In this document: positions 1-10,008 of the stretch, piece after piece
How positions within the stretch are numbered: the first letter of the stretch is position 1
Layout: each line of letters starts with the position of its first letter
DNA from: Gemmatimonadales bacterium
Lineage (GTDB): Bacteria > Gemmatimonadota > Gemmatimonadetes > Gemmatimonadales > GWC2-71-9
NCBI GenBank assembly: GCA_041577295.1
Contig: JBFGJG010000048.1
Location: forward strand, 1 to 30,743
DNA length: 30,743 nucleotides
Direction of reading: 5' to 3'
Program-made: the position numbers and the translations under genes
The notes under the pieces: model-generated
Seen by the model: the letters and a program-made list of their open reading frames with translations, nothing else
Told to the model about the DNA's origin: nothing
Database searches by the model: none

Positions 1-1
1 G

Positions 2-1342
<1,341 letters not shown>

Positions 1343-1344
1343 TG

Positions 1345-1674
1345 ATGCACGAGGTGTTTTTTTTCTTTGCACCGGCGGGGGAAGGCGGCGGCGGCGGAAT
1401 GGCCATCTTCTTGTTTCAGATGCTGGCCATCATCGCCATCTTCTACTTCCTCATCATCCGCCCCAAAGTCAAACAGGAGCGGGAGCATCGGCAGCGGCTG
1501 CAGGAGATCAAGAAGGGCGATGAAGTCGTCACCGCAGGCGGCGTCATCGGTGAGATTGTCCACATCAAGGACAGTCGGGTCACGGTCAAGAGCGGAGATT
1601 CGCGGTTGGTCATCCACCGAGATCGCATCGCGGAAGTCCATCCGTCCGGATTCAAGGAAGAGGCAAAGAAGTAG
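1345..1674 (+). CDS. yajC: Preprotein translocase subunit YajC
   Basis: TM helix, then FYFLIIRP...KKGDEVVTAGGVIGEI; canonical position after tgt. GTG 1342 is an alternative start. Confidence 0.95.
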   Translation: MHEVFFFFAPAGEGGGGGMAIFLFQMLAIIAIFYFLIIRPKVKQEREHRQRLQEIKKGDEVVTAGGVIGEIVHIKDSRVTVKSGDSRLVIHRDRIAEVHPSGFKEEAKK

Positions 1675-2210
1675 TGGCAATTCGTGCGATACATCTTCTG
1701 GGGTCGCCGGTCCTGCGGGAGCGTGCCCGTGACGTGGCTTCCATCGATGCCGAGGTTCGTGGGCTGGTGGAGGACCTCTTCGAAACCATGCGCGCGGATA
1801 AAGGAATTGGGCTCGCGGCCAATCAAGTGGGGGAGACCATTCGCGTCGCTGTTGTCGATGTTGGCGACGACGACCCGATTGTCCTCCTCAACCCGGAGAT
1901 CATCGAGCGGGAAGGCACCACACGTGCGGAAGAGGGCTGCCTTAGCGTTCCTGAGATCTTTGCCGATGTCGATCGCGCCGCCCGAATCGTGGTCGAGACC
2001 ACCAACCTCGATGGAGAGCGACAACGCATCGAGGCCACCGAGCTCAAGAGCCGCGCCATCCAACACGAAATCGATCACCTCGACGGCATCCTGTTCCTCG
2101 ACCGCTTGAGCCCACTCAAGCGTCGCATGCTCACCAAGAAGTGGCAAAAGCTCCGTAAGGGGCAGTCTGGTTATCTCAAGGATGTCTCCGCTGCCAGCGC
2201 CGAACGTTGA
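1674..2210 (+). CDS. def: Peptide deformylase
   Basis: GIGLAANQ, EGCLS and QHEIDHLDG motifs; GTG start overlaps the yajC stop. Confidence 0.97.
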   Translation: MAIRAIHLLGSPVLRERARDVASIDAEVRGLVEDLFETMRADKGIGLAANQVGETIRVAVVDVGDDDPIVLLNPEIIEREGTTRAEEGCLSVPEIFADVDRAARIVVETTNLDGERQRIEATELKSRAIQHEIDHLDGILFLDRLSPLKRRMLTKKWQKLRKGQSGYLKDVSAASAER

Positions 2211-2211
2211 C

Positions 2212-3144
2212 GTGAGAATCGTCTTCTTCGGGACACCAGAGTTCGCCGTTCCCTCACTCCGCGCCCTGCTGGGCGAGGGGTTCGAGGTGGCCGTCGTGGT
2301 AACGCGACCCGACCGTCCACGGGGGCGCTCCCGGTCGCACCTCGTTCCGCCACCGGTGAAGGTGGTGGCGGATGAAGAGGGCGTTCCCGTCCTGCAACCC
2401 GAGAGGCCTGCGGATCCGAGCTTCCTCGAAGAGCTCCATCCGTTCGATCCGGACTTGGGGGTCGTCGTTGCGTACGGGCACATCCTCAAGCCCGCGCTGC
2501 TCAAGCTTCCGTCACAAGGCATGATCAACGTGCACGCGTCGCTGCTCCCCAAACTGCGCGGCGCCGCGCCAATTCAGCACGCGATCATCGAAGGTCTCGA
2601 GGAAACGGGTGTCACCATCATGCAGATGGATGAGGGAATGGATACCGGTCCAATCCTGCTTCAGGTACCGACGCCCATTGCACCAGACGAAACCGGTGGA
2701 GAGCTCTCCGCACGATTAGCTGAGCTCGGGGCACTCGCCCTCATCGAGGCCCTGTTGATTCATGGAGCCGGTCAGCTGCGACCGACGCCGCAACGGGACG
2801 ACCAGGCAAGCCTGGCACCCAAGATCTCGTCAAAGCTCGCCCAGATTCGCTGGGAGGAACCGGCAACGCGGATCGCGCGCCTCGTGCGTGCCCTCGATCC
2901 CAAACCCGGAGCGTGGGCTACACTGGCCGGGAATCGCATCAAAGTGTTTGGCCCGCGGCTGGCGGACGAATGGGAAACCGATGAGCAGCCGGGTGAAATC
3001 GTTGAGACCGATCCCGCGTTCGTCGTCGCAACCGGTGACGGCGCGCTCCAGTTCCTCGATGTCCAGCCCGAAGGGAAGCACCGGATGGCCGCCTCAGAGT
3101 GGCTCCGCGGACGCGGCGCAATCAAAGGCGATCGCTTCGAGTGA
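2212..3144 (+). CDS. fmt: Methionyl-tRNA formyltransferase
   Basis: RIVFFGTPEFA, NVHASLLPKLRGAAPIQ, MDEGMDTG. Start set at GTG 2212, just after the def stop. Confidence 0.95.
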   Translation: MRIVFFGTPEFAVPSLRALLGEGFEVAVVVTRPDRPRGRSRSHLVPPPVKVVADEEGVPVLQPERPADPSFLEELHPFDPDLGVVVAYGHILKPALLKLPSQGMINVHASLLPKLRGAAPIQHAIIEGLEETGVTIMQMDEGMDTGPILLQVPTPIAPDETGGELSARLAELGALALIEALLIHGAGQLRPTPQRDDQASLAPKISSKLAQIRWEEPATRIARLVRALDPKPGAWATLAGNRIKVFGPRLADEWETDEQPGEIVETDPAFVVATGDGALQFLDVQPEGKHRMAASEWLRGRGAIKGDRFE

Positions 3145-3761
3145 CCCACCGGCTCCCCCGCCTTCACGCAGTCACCAACGACCGAATCCTCGAGCTCCCG
3201 GACCTGTTCGACCGGGCGCGCGCGCTAAGCCACGCGGGGAACGTGGCCGTGCACGTGCGTGGCGTGGGAGTTTCCGCCCGACGCCGTACCGAGGTGGCCA
3301 CCGAGCTGATCGCTCTGGGATTGTACGTCTTCATCAACGACCGAGCGGACATCGCACGCATCGTCGGCGCACAGGGAGTTCACCTGCCCGAAGCGGGGCT
3401 CGGCATCACAGCCGCTCGCGAGCTCCTTCCACTGGGGGTAGTGGGACGTTCCACCCATACCCCTCGACAGGCGCGCGACGCGATGGACGCGGGAGCCGAC
3501 TATGTGTTCCTCGGACCGATCTGGCATACCCAGTCCCATCCAAATCGTGAACCGCTGGGCGTGCGAGCGATCACTGCGGCCAGGCCTGCTCGGGTCATAG
3601 CGATCGGCGGCGTAACCCCCGAACGCGCTGTCACGTGTCTCCAAGCCGGTGCGTACGGCATCGCCGCCATCACCGCCCTGTGGGACGCACCGGACACCGC
3701 TGCGGCGGCCACTGACATGCTGGTATCTTTAGAGGCGAGCAGTACGGAACGAGAAGCGTAA
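3141..3761 (+). CDS. thiE: Thiamine phosphate synthase family protein (ThiE/TenI-like)
   Basis: INDRADIA, GVHL, GRSTH, GADYVFLGPI, IAIGGVT; directly upstream of thiS-thiG; GTGA overlap with fmt. Some canonical ThiE residues have diverged. Confidence 0.75.
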   Translation: MTHRLPRLHAVTNDRILELPDLFDRARALSHAGNVAVHVRGVGVSARRRTEVATELIALGLYVFINDRADIARIVGAQGVHLPEAGLGITAARELLPLGVVGRSTHTPRQARDAMDAGADYVFLGPIWHTQSHPNREPLGVRAITAARPARVIAIGGVTPERAVTCLQAGAYGIAAITALWDAPDTAAAATDMLVSLEASSTEREA

Positions 3762-3976
3762 TGAGAAACGGAGACATCACCGTCGTGGTCAATGGCGATG
3801 AGCGGCAGGTACGGGAGTCCTCATCGGTGCTTGATCTTCTGGAGGATCTCGCGCTCGACCCTCGGGTTGTCGTGGTGGAGCTCAATCGGCAGATCGTGAG
3901 GCGGCCGGAGTTGCCAGCGACCACGCTGCGCGATGGCGATCGCGTCGAGTTGGTGCACTTCGTTGGGGGAGGATGA
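3761..3976 (+). CDS. thiS: Sulfur carrier protein ThiS
   Basis: 71 aa; VVNG, VVVELN, GDRVELVHFVGGG C-terminus. Confidence 0.96.
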   Translation: MRNGDITVVVNGDERQVRESSSVLDLLEDLALDPRVVVVELNRQIVRRPELPATTLRDGDRVELVHFVGGG

Positions 3977-3980
3977 ACGA

Positions 3981-4793
3981 ATGATGACCACGCCGCCTGC
4001 GACAGCCCAAACCTCGGTCACGGATTCGCCGCTGCTCATCGGCGGACACCGGTTCAGATCGCGTCTCATTCTGGGTACGGGGAAATACCCCGATGTCGCC
4101 ACCATGGTGGGCGCGATCGAGGCCTCGGGAGCCGAGATGGTCACCGTGGCGGTGCGTCGAGTCGACCTCGATCGATCCAAAGAAGCCAGCATTCTCTACC
4201 ATCTCGACCCCGAACGCTGGTTTCTTCTGGCGAACACCGCAGGTTGTTACACCGCGGACGACGCGGTGCGCTACGCCCGGCTTGCACGAGAAGCCGGCTT
4301 CAACGAGTTCATCAAGTTGGAGGTGATCGGAGACAACGAGACGTTGTTCCCCGACGTCGCGGGACTCCTCGAGGCCTCCCGGACACTGGCCCAGGAAGGG
4401 TTTCAAGTCATGGCGTACACCAACGACGATCTGGTCACCGCTCTGCGTCTGGAAGACGTGGGTTGCGCGGCGGTCATGCCGTTGGCATCACCCATTGGTA
4501 GTGGAATGGGGCTCATAAATCCGTACAACATTCGCATGATCAAGGATCGGTTATCAGTACCCGTGATCGTCGACGCCGGTGTCGGCACCGCTTCGGATGC
4601 CTGCGTCACGATGGAACAAGGGGTCGATGGAATTTTGATGAATACGGCGATCGCGGCCGCACGCGACCCCGTTGCCATGGCTTCCGCAATGCGGCATGCC
4701 GTCGAGGCCGGCCGGTTGGCGTATCTGGCGGGAAGAATGCCCACTCGGGATATTGCCGTTCCGTCCAGTCCCACCACCGGAATGTTGGACTGA
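3981..4793 (+). CDS. thiG: Thiazole synthase
   Basis: SRLILGTGKY, NTAGC, IKLEVIGD, PIGSGMG, VDAGVGTASDA. Confidence 0.97.
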   Translation: MMTTPPATAQTSVTDSPLLIGGHRFRSRLILGTGKYPDVATMVGAIEASGAEMVTVAVRRVDLDRSKEASILYHLDPERWFLLANTAGCYTADDAVRYARLAREAGFNEFIKLEVIGDNETLFPDVAGLLEASRTLAQEGFQVMAYTNDDLVTALRLEDVGCAAVMPLASPIGSGMGLINPYNIRMIKDRLSVPVIVDAGVGTASDACVTMEQGVDGILMNTAIAAARDPVAMASAMRHAVEAGRLAYLAGRMPTRDIAVPSSPTTGMLD

Positions 4794-6040
4794 GCTCTCC
4801 AGCAGGAGCCGCGCGGACAGCGGCGCTGCAGATCCTCAAGGCCGTCCGACGCGGAATCCCATTTGGCAGCGCTCGGGATCGGGCGGTCGCCGACCTGGCG
4901 CCGCCCGACCGTCACCTCGCACACGAGATCGCAGCCGGAGTCCTACGCCATCGCCGGCAACTCGACTCCCGACTCGAGCCACTCGTCTCGGGTGATTGGC
5001 AACGCACTCCGGTTGACGTGAAGGACATCCTCCGGATCGGCGCCTACCAACTCACCAGGCTGTCGCGTGTCCCCACCTACGCCGCCGTGCAAACCGCCGT
5101 AGAGCTCGCGAAGGGCGCCGGGGCGCGCCGGAGCGCCGGGCTCGTCAATGCGGTCCTCCGCCGCCTATCGTCGCAACAGCCTTCGCCCGCGCCGACCGAT
5201 ACGGCGCTGGCGGACCAGTACTCCCACCCCGAGTGGCTCGTCGATCGCTGGGTCGCCCGGTGGGGGCCGGCGCGTACCGAAGCGCTGCTCGCACACAACA
5301 ACCGTCCCCCTCCCCTCACCCTGCAACCCGTTCGGTGGAGCCGCGAGCGGCTCCACGACGCGCTCGTCGCTCGCGGGATCAGGGTCGAGCCCGCGCCGGG
5401 CGATGATGGCATCGTGGTCTCCGGCGTCGAGGTCAAAAGCCTGCCGGGGTACGGGCAGGGTGCGTTCATCGTACAGGACGCCGCGCAGGCCCGGCTGCTA
5501 CGGTACGCGGAAGTGAAAGTGGGGGCGCGCGTCTGGGATGCGTGCGCGGCGCCGGGGGGGAAAACCGCGTCGCTGACGTCGCGGTGCCGACTGTTCGCTT
5601 CGGACCTGAAGATCCGTCGTCTCGCGATCCTCCGCGACACACTCCACCGGCTCGCCGTGAGCGTCCCGGTGTTCGCGGCCGACGCGTCCCAGCCCCCGCT
5701 CCGGCCGATATTCGACGTGGTGCTGGTCGACGCACCATGCTCCGCCACCGGGACCATGAACCGCCATCCCGATGCCCGGTGGCAGCTCTCGCCACGCCGC
5801 ATCGAGCAGCTCGCGCACCTCCAGGCCCGCATCCTCGACGGCGCCAGTTCCGCGGTCCGGCCAGGGGGCTTGCTGGTGTATCTGACCTGCTCGCTCGAAC
5901 CCGAGGAAAACGGCTGCCAGGTGGAGGCGTTTCTCGAGCGGCATCCGGAGTTCGCCCGCGAAGGTGACGATCTTTATATCTTCCCACCGGACGCCGGCAC
6001 CGACGGGGGGTACGGCGCACGACTGCGACGGGAGCCATGA
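4790..6040 (+). CDS. rsmB: 16S rRNA m5C967 methyltransferase (Sun/RsmB) with N-terminal NusB-like domain
   Basis: DACAAPGGKT, DAPCSATG, YLTCSLEPEEN. The frame stays open upstream of GTG 5018 and encodes NusB-like ARTAALQIL...DRHLAHEIAAGVLR...LD, so the start is placed at CTG 4790 (start position uncertain). Confidence 0.88.
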   Translation: MSSPAGAARTAALQILKAVRRGIPFGSARDRAVADLAPPDRHLAHEIAAGVLRHRRQLDSRLEPLVSGDWQRTPVDVKDILRIGAYQLTRLSRVPTYAAVQTAVELAKGAGARRSAGLVNAVLRRLSSQQPSPAPTDTALADQYSHPEWLVDRWVARWGPARTEALLAHNNRPPPLTLQPVRWSRERLHDALVARGIRVEPAPGDDGIVVSGVEVKSLPGYGQGAFIVQDAAQARLLRYAEVKVGARVWDACAAPGGKTASLTSRCRLFASDLKIRRLAILRDTLHRLAVSVPVFAADASQPPLRPIFDVVLVDAPCSATGTMNRHPDARWQLSPRRIEQLAHLQARILDGASSAVRPGGLLVYLTCSLEPEENGCQVEAFLERHPEFAREGDDLYIFPPDAGTDGGYGARLRREP

Positions 6041-6825
6041 AGTTACGACGTCATACATCACCGACCTTCGACTGGTCCGCCCTCAAGGCGCGCTTTTCTG
6101 GCCGTTTTGGAAGCCGTCTCTGGCTCATTGCAGTGGGTGGCCTCGTGGGAGCATTCTTCCTCGGGTATATGCTGGCGGCGCTGGTGATCTTTCCCGCGCC
6201 CATCTTCGCATCCGACAAGGCGGTGCCGCGGGTGATCGGGCTCGATACGGAAACCGCCCGTGCCGCCATTCAGACAGCCGGTTTGAACACCGGAGACGTG
6301 AGCGCGGTCAACCATCCCTCCGCCCCGAGGGGTGAGATCGTATGGCAAGATCCTCCACCAGGGGTGGCGGTGCCGGAGCGCAGTACGGTAACAATCGAGG
6401 TGAGCAACGGACCCCAGCGGGTCCCGGTCCCCGATCTCAGCGGGTACGACGTGGGTCTCGCGCGTACCCTTCTGGAGTCGGCGGGGCTCCAGGTGGGCAA
6501 TCTCGAGTCGACCCAGGCACCGCTCCCCAAGGACGTGGTGATTGTCACCCGACCACCGGCCGGCACATCCCTCACCCCGGAGTCGCGGGTGACCCTGGTG
6601 GTGAGCCTCGGCGCACCGACGATCGTGGTGCCCGATCTGACTGGGCTGTCGCTCGATCATGCGCGGATCGAACTGGAAAAGGCCGGGCTGCGCATGGGGA
6701 CCTACTTTGCCCGGACCTCTTTTACCGGTGTCCCGGGTACCATTATCGAACAAGATCCCGGGGCCGGCACACTGTCCGCGCCGACCACCGCGGTGAACGT
6801 CGTCTTGGCAAGGCGCTCGCAATAA
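6037..6825 (+). CDS. Membrane-anchored PASTA-domain protein (3 PASTA repeats, no kinase or PBP domain)
   Basis: Single N-terminal TM helix, then three repeats: VPRVIG..AGL, VPDLSG..AGL, VPDLTG..AGL, each followed by Q/T-x-P-x-x-G. Confidence 0.9.
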   Translation: MKLRRHTSPTFDWSALKARFSGRFGSRLWLIAVGGLVGAFFLGYMLAALVIFPAPIFASDKAVPRVIGLDTETARAAIQTAGLNTGDVSAVNHPSAPRGEIVWQDPPPGVAVPERSTVTIEVSNGPQRVPVPDLSGYDVGLARTLLESAGLQVGNLESTQAPLPKDVVIVTRPPAGTSLTPESRVTLVVSLGAPTIVVPDLTGLSLDHARIELEKAGLRMGTYFARTSFTGVPGTIIEQDPGAGTLSAPTTAVNVVLARRSQ

Positions 6826-7493
6826 TGCACGATGTCTATATTGCCCCGAGCGTGCTCAGCGCCGATCTCGTCGAGCTAGCAACGCAGGTACGCGCCGTCG
6901 AGGCAGCCGGGGCAGACTGGATCCACGTCGACGTGATGGATGGCCGCTTTGTCCCCAATCTCACCTTCGGGGCAGCGATGATCGCCGCGTTACGACGGGT
7001 CACCGCGCTTCCGCTCGACGTCCACCTCATGGTGGAGGAACCAGAACGGTACATCGAACCGTTTGCAGAAGCAGGAGCGTCGGTTTTCACGTTTCACCCC
7101 GAGGCGACCCGCCACGTGCAGCGACACCTCGAGACGATCCGACGTCATGGGATGCGGGCGGGCCTGGCGTTGAACCCTGGCACACCGCTCACCTATGCCG
7201 AGGAGGTGGTCGATGACCTCGACCTGCTCCTGGTCATGAGCGTGAATCCGGGTTTCGCCGGGCAAGATTACATTCCCTCTTCGACCGGGAAGATCGCGCG
7301 GGCCAAGCAGCTGCTTGTGGAGCACGGCAGCGACGCCCGCCTGGAGGTCGACGGCGGCATATCGCGACGCACCATTGGACTGGTGCGATCTGCTGGCGCG
7401 GACACCTTTGTTGCGGGATCGGCCATCTTTAACAGTGGCGATCCCGCCGGAGAAGTGCAGGAACTTCGTCGACGCTGTTTTGCGGTGGTGTAG
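6825..7493 (+). CDS. rpe: Ribulose-phosphate 3-epimerase
   Basis: IAPSVLSAD, HVDVMDGRFVPNLTFG, DVHLM, MSVNPGFAGQ, EVDGGI; TAATG overlap with the upstream stop. Confidence 0.97.
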   Translation: MHDVYIAPSVLSADLVELATQVRAVEAAGADWIHVDVMDGRFVPNLTFGAAMIAALRRVTALPLDVHLMVEEPERYIEPFAEAGASVFTFHPEATRHVQRHLETIRRHGMRAGLALNPGTPLTYAEEVVDDLDLLLVMSVNPGFAGQDYIPSSTGKIARAKQLLVEHGSDARLEVDGGISRRTIGLVRSAGADTFVAGSAIFNSGDPAGEVQELRRRCFAVV

Positions 7494-7494
7494 C

Positions 7495-8058
7495 ATGAAG
7501 AATCGAGGTCAGTGGGCAGCGGTCTTGGGAATCGTCGCAGCGCTAGTGACGGCGCTCCTCGTCGGTGTTGCTATGTCCCCAGAAGTCATGCCGGTGGCAG
7601 TCGGCACCGACGCACCGGACTTCCGGGCCGCACACCTGGGCCGGACGGACACGGTTGCGCTGAAGGATTACCGTGGCGAGGTGGTGCTATTCAACATCTG
7701 GGCGACGTGGTGCGGGCCCTGTGAGTTCGAGATGCCGTCGATGGAGCGGTTGTATCAAGAACTGGGACCGCACGGACTCAAGATCCTGGCGCTCAGCGTC
7801 GATCAAGCCGCACCAGAACATGTCCTCGAGTGGGTTCGGGAACGCAATCTGACCTTCGACATCCTCCACGACCGATCTGGGCGTGCCGAGGCGGCGTATC
7901 AAGTGACGGGGTATCCCGAGAGCTTCGTGATCAATCGGGACGGCATCATCGTCAAGAAGGTGATCGGTCCGTTGGAATGGGATCACCCGTCGCAAAAGGC
8001 GCTCTTCCGTCAGCTCCTGGGCATTGAGGACAGTCAGGTCGGCATCGGTGGCTCTTAA
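7495..8058 (+). CDS. TlpA/ResA-family membrane-anchored thiol-disulfide oxidoreductase
   Basis: N-terminal TM helix, APDF, NIWATWCGPCEFEMP, YPESFVINRDG. Confidence 0.92.
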   Translation: MKNRGQWAAVLGIVAALVTALLVGVAMSPEVMPVAVGTDAPDFRAAHLGRTDTVALKDYRGEVVLFNIWATWCGPCEFEMPSMERLYQELGPHGLKILALSVDQAAPEHVLEWVRERNLTFDILHDRSGRAEAAYQVTGYPESFVINRDGIIVKKVIGPLEWDHPSQKALFRQLLGIEDSQVGIGGS

Positions 8059-8971
8059 GGTCCGAAGCTGGCTCTTCACCAATTGGCCAATCAAGCTCAC
8101 CGCCCTGATTCTCTCGGGTGTCCTCTGGGTCGTTGTGGCACCCGAAGAGCCCACGACACAACTCGTTCCCGTGACGCTGGACGTCCAACTTCCGGAGGGG
8201 CGCACCCTGATGCGGCCGCTCCAAGAGGTGAAAGCCCTCTACGGGGGCACGGCACGCGAGCTCATCAAGCTGTACGCATCACCCCCCACGATACGAAAGA
8301 CCGTGCCCGACACGGTGACAAGCTCGACGTTCGTCCTGAACCTGTCGCCCACGGACCTGAGCGTGATCGAGAACGCCAACGTCAACGTGCAAGACGTGCA
8401 GCCACGTTCGGTTCTCGTGCAACTGGACGACGTGGCGCAGCGCAGGGTCCGCGTGATTCCGCGAGTCACCGTCCGGCCTGATTCCGGCTTCGCCCAGTTC
8501 GGCATGGCCGTCGTGCCCAGCTCCGTGTTGGTCCGCGGACCCGAGGCCTTGGTCGGTGACGTGCGGTCCGTAGCAACGTTGCCACTCGATCTCACCGGAT
8601 TGACCGGCCCGGTGCGCCAGGGCGTCGCGATCGATACCAGTGGGATGGGAATGGTGCGAGTGGCGCCGAACGAAGTGAGCATTGCGGTGGACGTGGGTCC
8701 CATTTCGGAGCGCGTGCTCATGGGTGTGCCCGTCACCGTATCGCGCGACCGCAGCGGCGGGTGGGAAACCGAGCCCCCCGCCGTGATCGTCACCATCAGA
8801 GGTCGGAGCAGCCGCCTCGCTCGCCTCACCCGCGATAGCGTGGAGGCGGTCGCCCCGGTCGATCAAGAAGACGGCGATCAGGTGGTCCGCCTCAACGTGA
8901 TCGCACCTTCGGGCATCCAAGCGATTGCCACCCCGGACACGGTGCGCGTTCGTCGGAGGTCCCGTGGTTGA
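8048..8971 (+). CDS. YbbR/CdaR-like domain protein
   Basis: NWPIKLTALILSGVLWVVV N-terminal anchor typical of YbbR/CdaR, followed by beta-rich repeats (PSSVLVRGP, PPAVIVTIRG). Start GTG 8048 inferred. Confidence 0.8.
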   Translation: MALKVRSWLFTNWPIKLTALILSGVLWVVVAPEEPTTQLVPVTLDVQLPEGRTLMRPLQEVKALYGGTARELIKLYASPPTIRKTVPDTVTSSTFVLNLSPTDLSVIENANVNVQDVQPRSVLVQLDDVAQRRVRVIPRVTVRPDSGFAQFGMAVVPSSVLVRGPEALVGDVRSVATLPLDLTGLTGPVRQGVAIDTSGMGMVRVAPNEVSIAVDVGPISERVLMGVPVTVSRDRSGGWETEPPAVIVTIRGRSSRLARLTRDSVEAVAPVDQEDGDQVVRLNVIAPSGIQAIATPDTVRVRRRSRG

Positions 8972-10004
8972 CGTGCTGCTCGGAATCGAGACCTCATGCG
9001 ACGAGACGTCGGCTGCGGTGCTGGTTCGTGACACGCGCGGACCCGAGCTCGCGAGCCTCGTCATTCTCTCCCAGGACGTTCACCAGATCTTCGGTGGTGT
9101 GGTGCCCGAGCTGGCGAGCCGCGCTCACCTTCGGGCCATCGAGCCCGTGGTGACTCGGGCGCTCGCGGAAGCGGGCGTCACGTTGGGTGCGGTCGATGGC
9201 GTGGCCGTCACGGCAGGTCCCGGCCTGGTTGGATCGCTGTTGGTTGGTGTGTGCTACGGCAAAGCGCTCGCCGCGGCGGGCAATCGTGCCCTGTTCGGTG
9301 TCCATCACCTCGAAGGGCACGTGTTCGCCCCGACGCTCGAAGACCCGGAGCTCGCGCCGCCTTTTGTGGCGCTGATCGTATCGGGTGGACACACGGTCTT
9401 GTTGGACGTTCCGCAGTGGGGACACTATCGACTGCTCGGCCAGACGCGGGACGACGCCGCGGGTGAAGCGTTTGACAAGGTGGCGAGCCTCCTGGAATTG
9501 GGATACCCCGGAGGGCCCGCCATCGAGCGACTCGCGGCACACGGCTCCGATACATTCGACTTTCCCCGCCCCATGCTCGGCGAAGGGTTTGACTTCTCAT
9601 TCAGCGGGCTGAAAACCGCCGTGTTGCACGCGGTGAAAGGTGTGGAGCGGCTCGAGGACGCCCGAGCCGATCTGGCGGCCTCATTTCAGGCAGCGGCGGT
9701 GGATGTTCTCGTCGAGAAGAGCGTCGCAGCCCTCAGTCACACCGGATACGGCACCGTCGTCGTGGGGGGCGGAGTCGCGTGCAACCGCGTCCTGAGTACC
9801 CAGCTTGCCGAGCGGGTGCGCGGGACGGCACGAGTGGCCGTGGCCCGACCCCGATACAACGTGGACAATGCCGCGATGATTGCCCGAGCGGGCTGGTTCC
9901 ATCTGGAGCGAGGTGAGCGCAGCGATTGGTATTTGGACGCTGACCCCAGATTGCCGTGGCCGGGACTCGAACCGGCCTCCGAGTTCTCATCGCACAACGG
10001 ATGA
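8964..10004 (+). CDS. tsaD: tRNA N6-adenosine threonylcarbamoyltransferase
   Basis: LGIETSCDETS, GGVVPELASRAH, HHLEGH, SGGHT, DDAAGEAFDK, FSFSGLKT, DNAAMIA. Start GTG 8964 inferred. Confidence 0.96.
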   Translation: MVDVLLGIETSCDETSAAVLVRDTRGPELASLVILSQDVHQIFGGVVPELASRAHLRAIEPVVTRALAEAGVTLGAVDGVAVTAGPGLVGSLLVGVCYGKALAAAGNRALFGVHHLEGHVFAPTLEDPELAPPFVALIVSGGHTVLLDVPQWGHYRLLGQTRDDAAGEAFDKVASLLELGYPGGPAIERLAAHGSDTFDFPRPMLGEGFDFSFSGLKTAVLHAVKGVERLEDARADLAASFQAAAVDVLVEKSVAALSHTGYGTVVVGGGVACNRVLSTQLAERVRGTARVAVARPRYNVDNAAMIARAGWFHLERGERSDWYLDADPRLPWPGLEPASEFSSHNG

Positions 10005-10008
10005 CGTG

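Noticed and set aside
1357..1364. T8 homopolymer at the 5' end of yajC as a phase-variation or frameshift site
   Set aside because: The frame is intact, the run is short, and it encodes a Phe stretch in a housekeeping gene.
1443..2552. Long antisense and alternative-frame ORFs (369 aa here; also 5077-5832, 6058-6822, 8279-9064, 14548-15357, 24842-25633)
   Set aside because: Shadow ORFs expected in high-GC DNA; they overlap well-supported genes and show no motifs.
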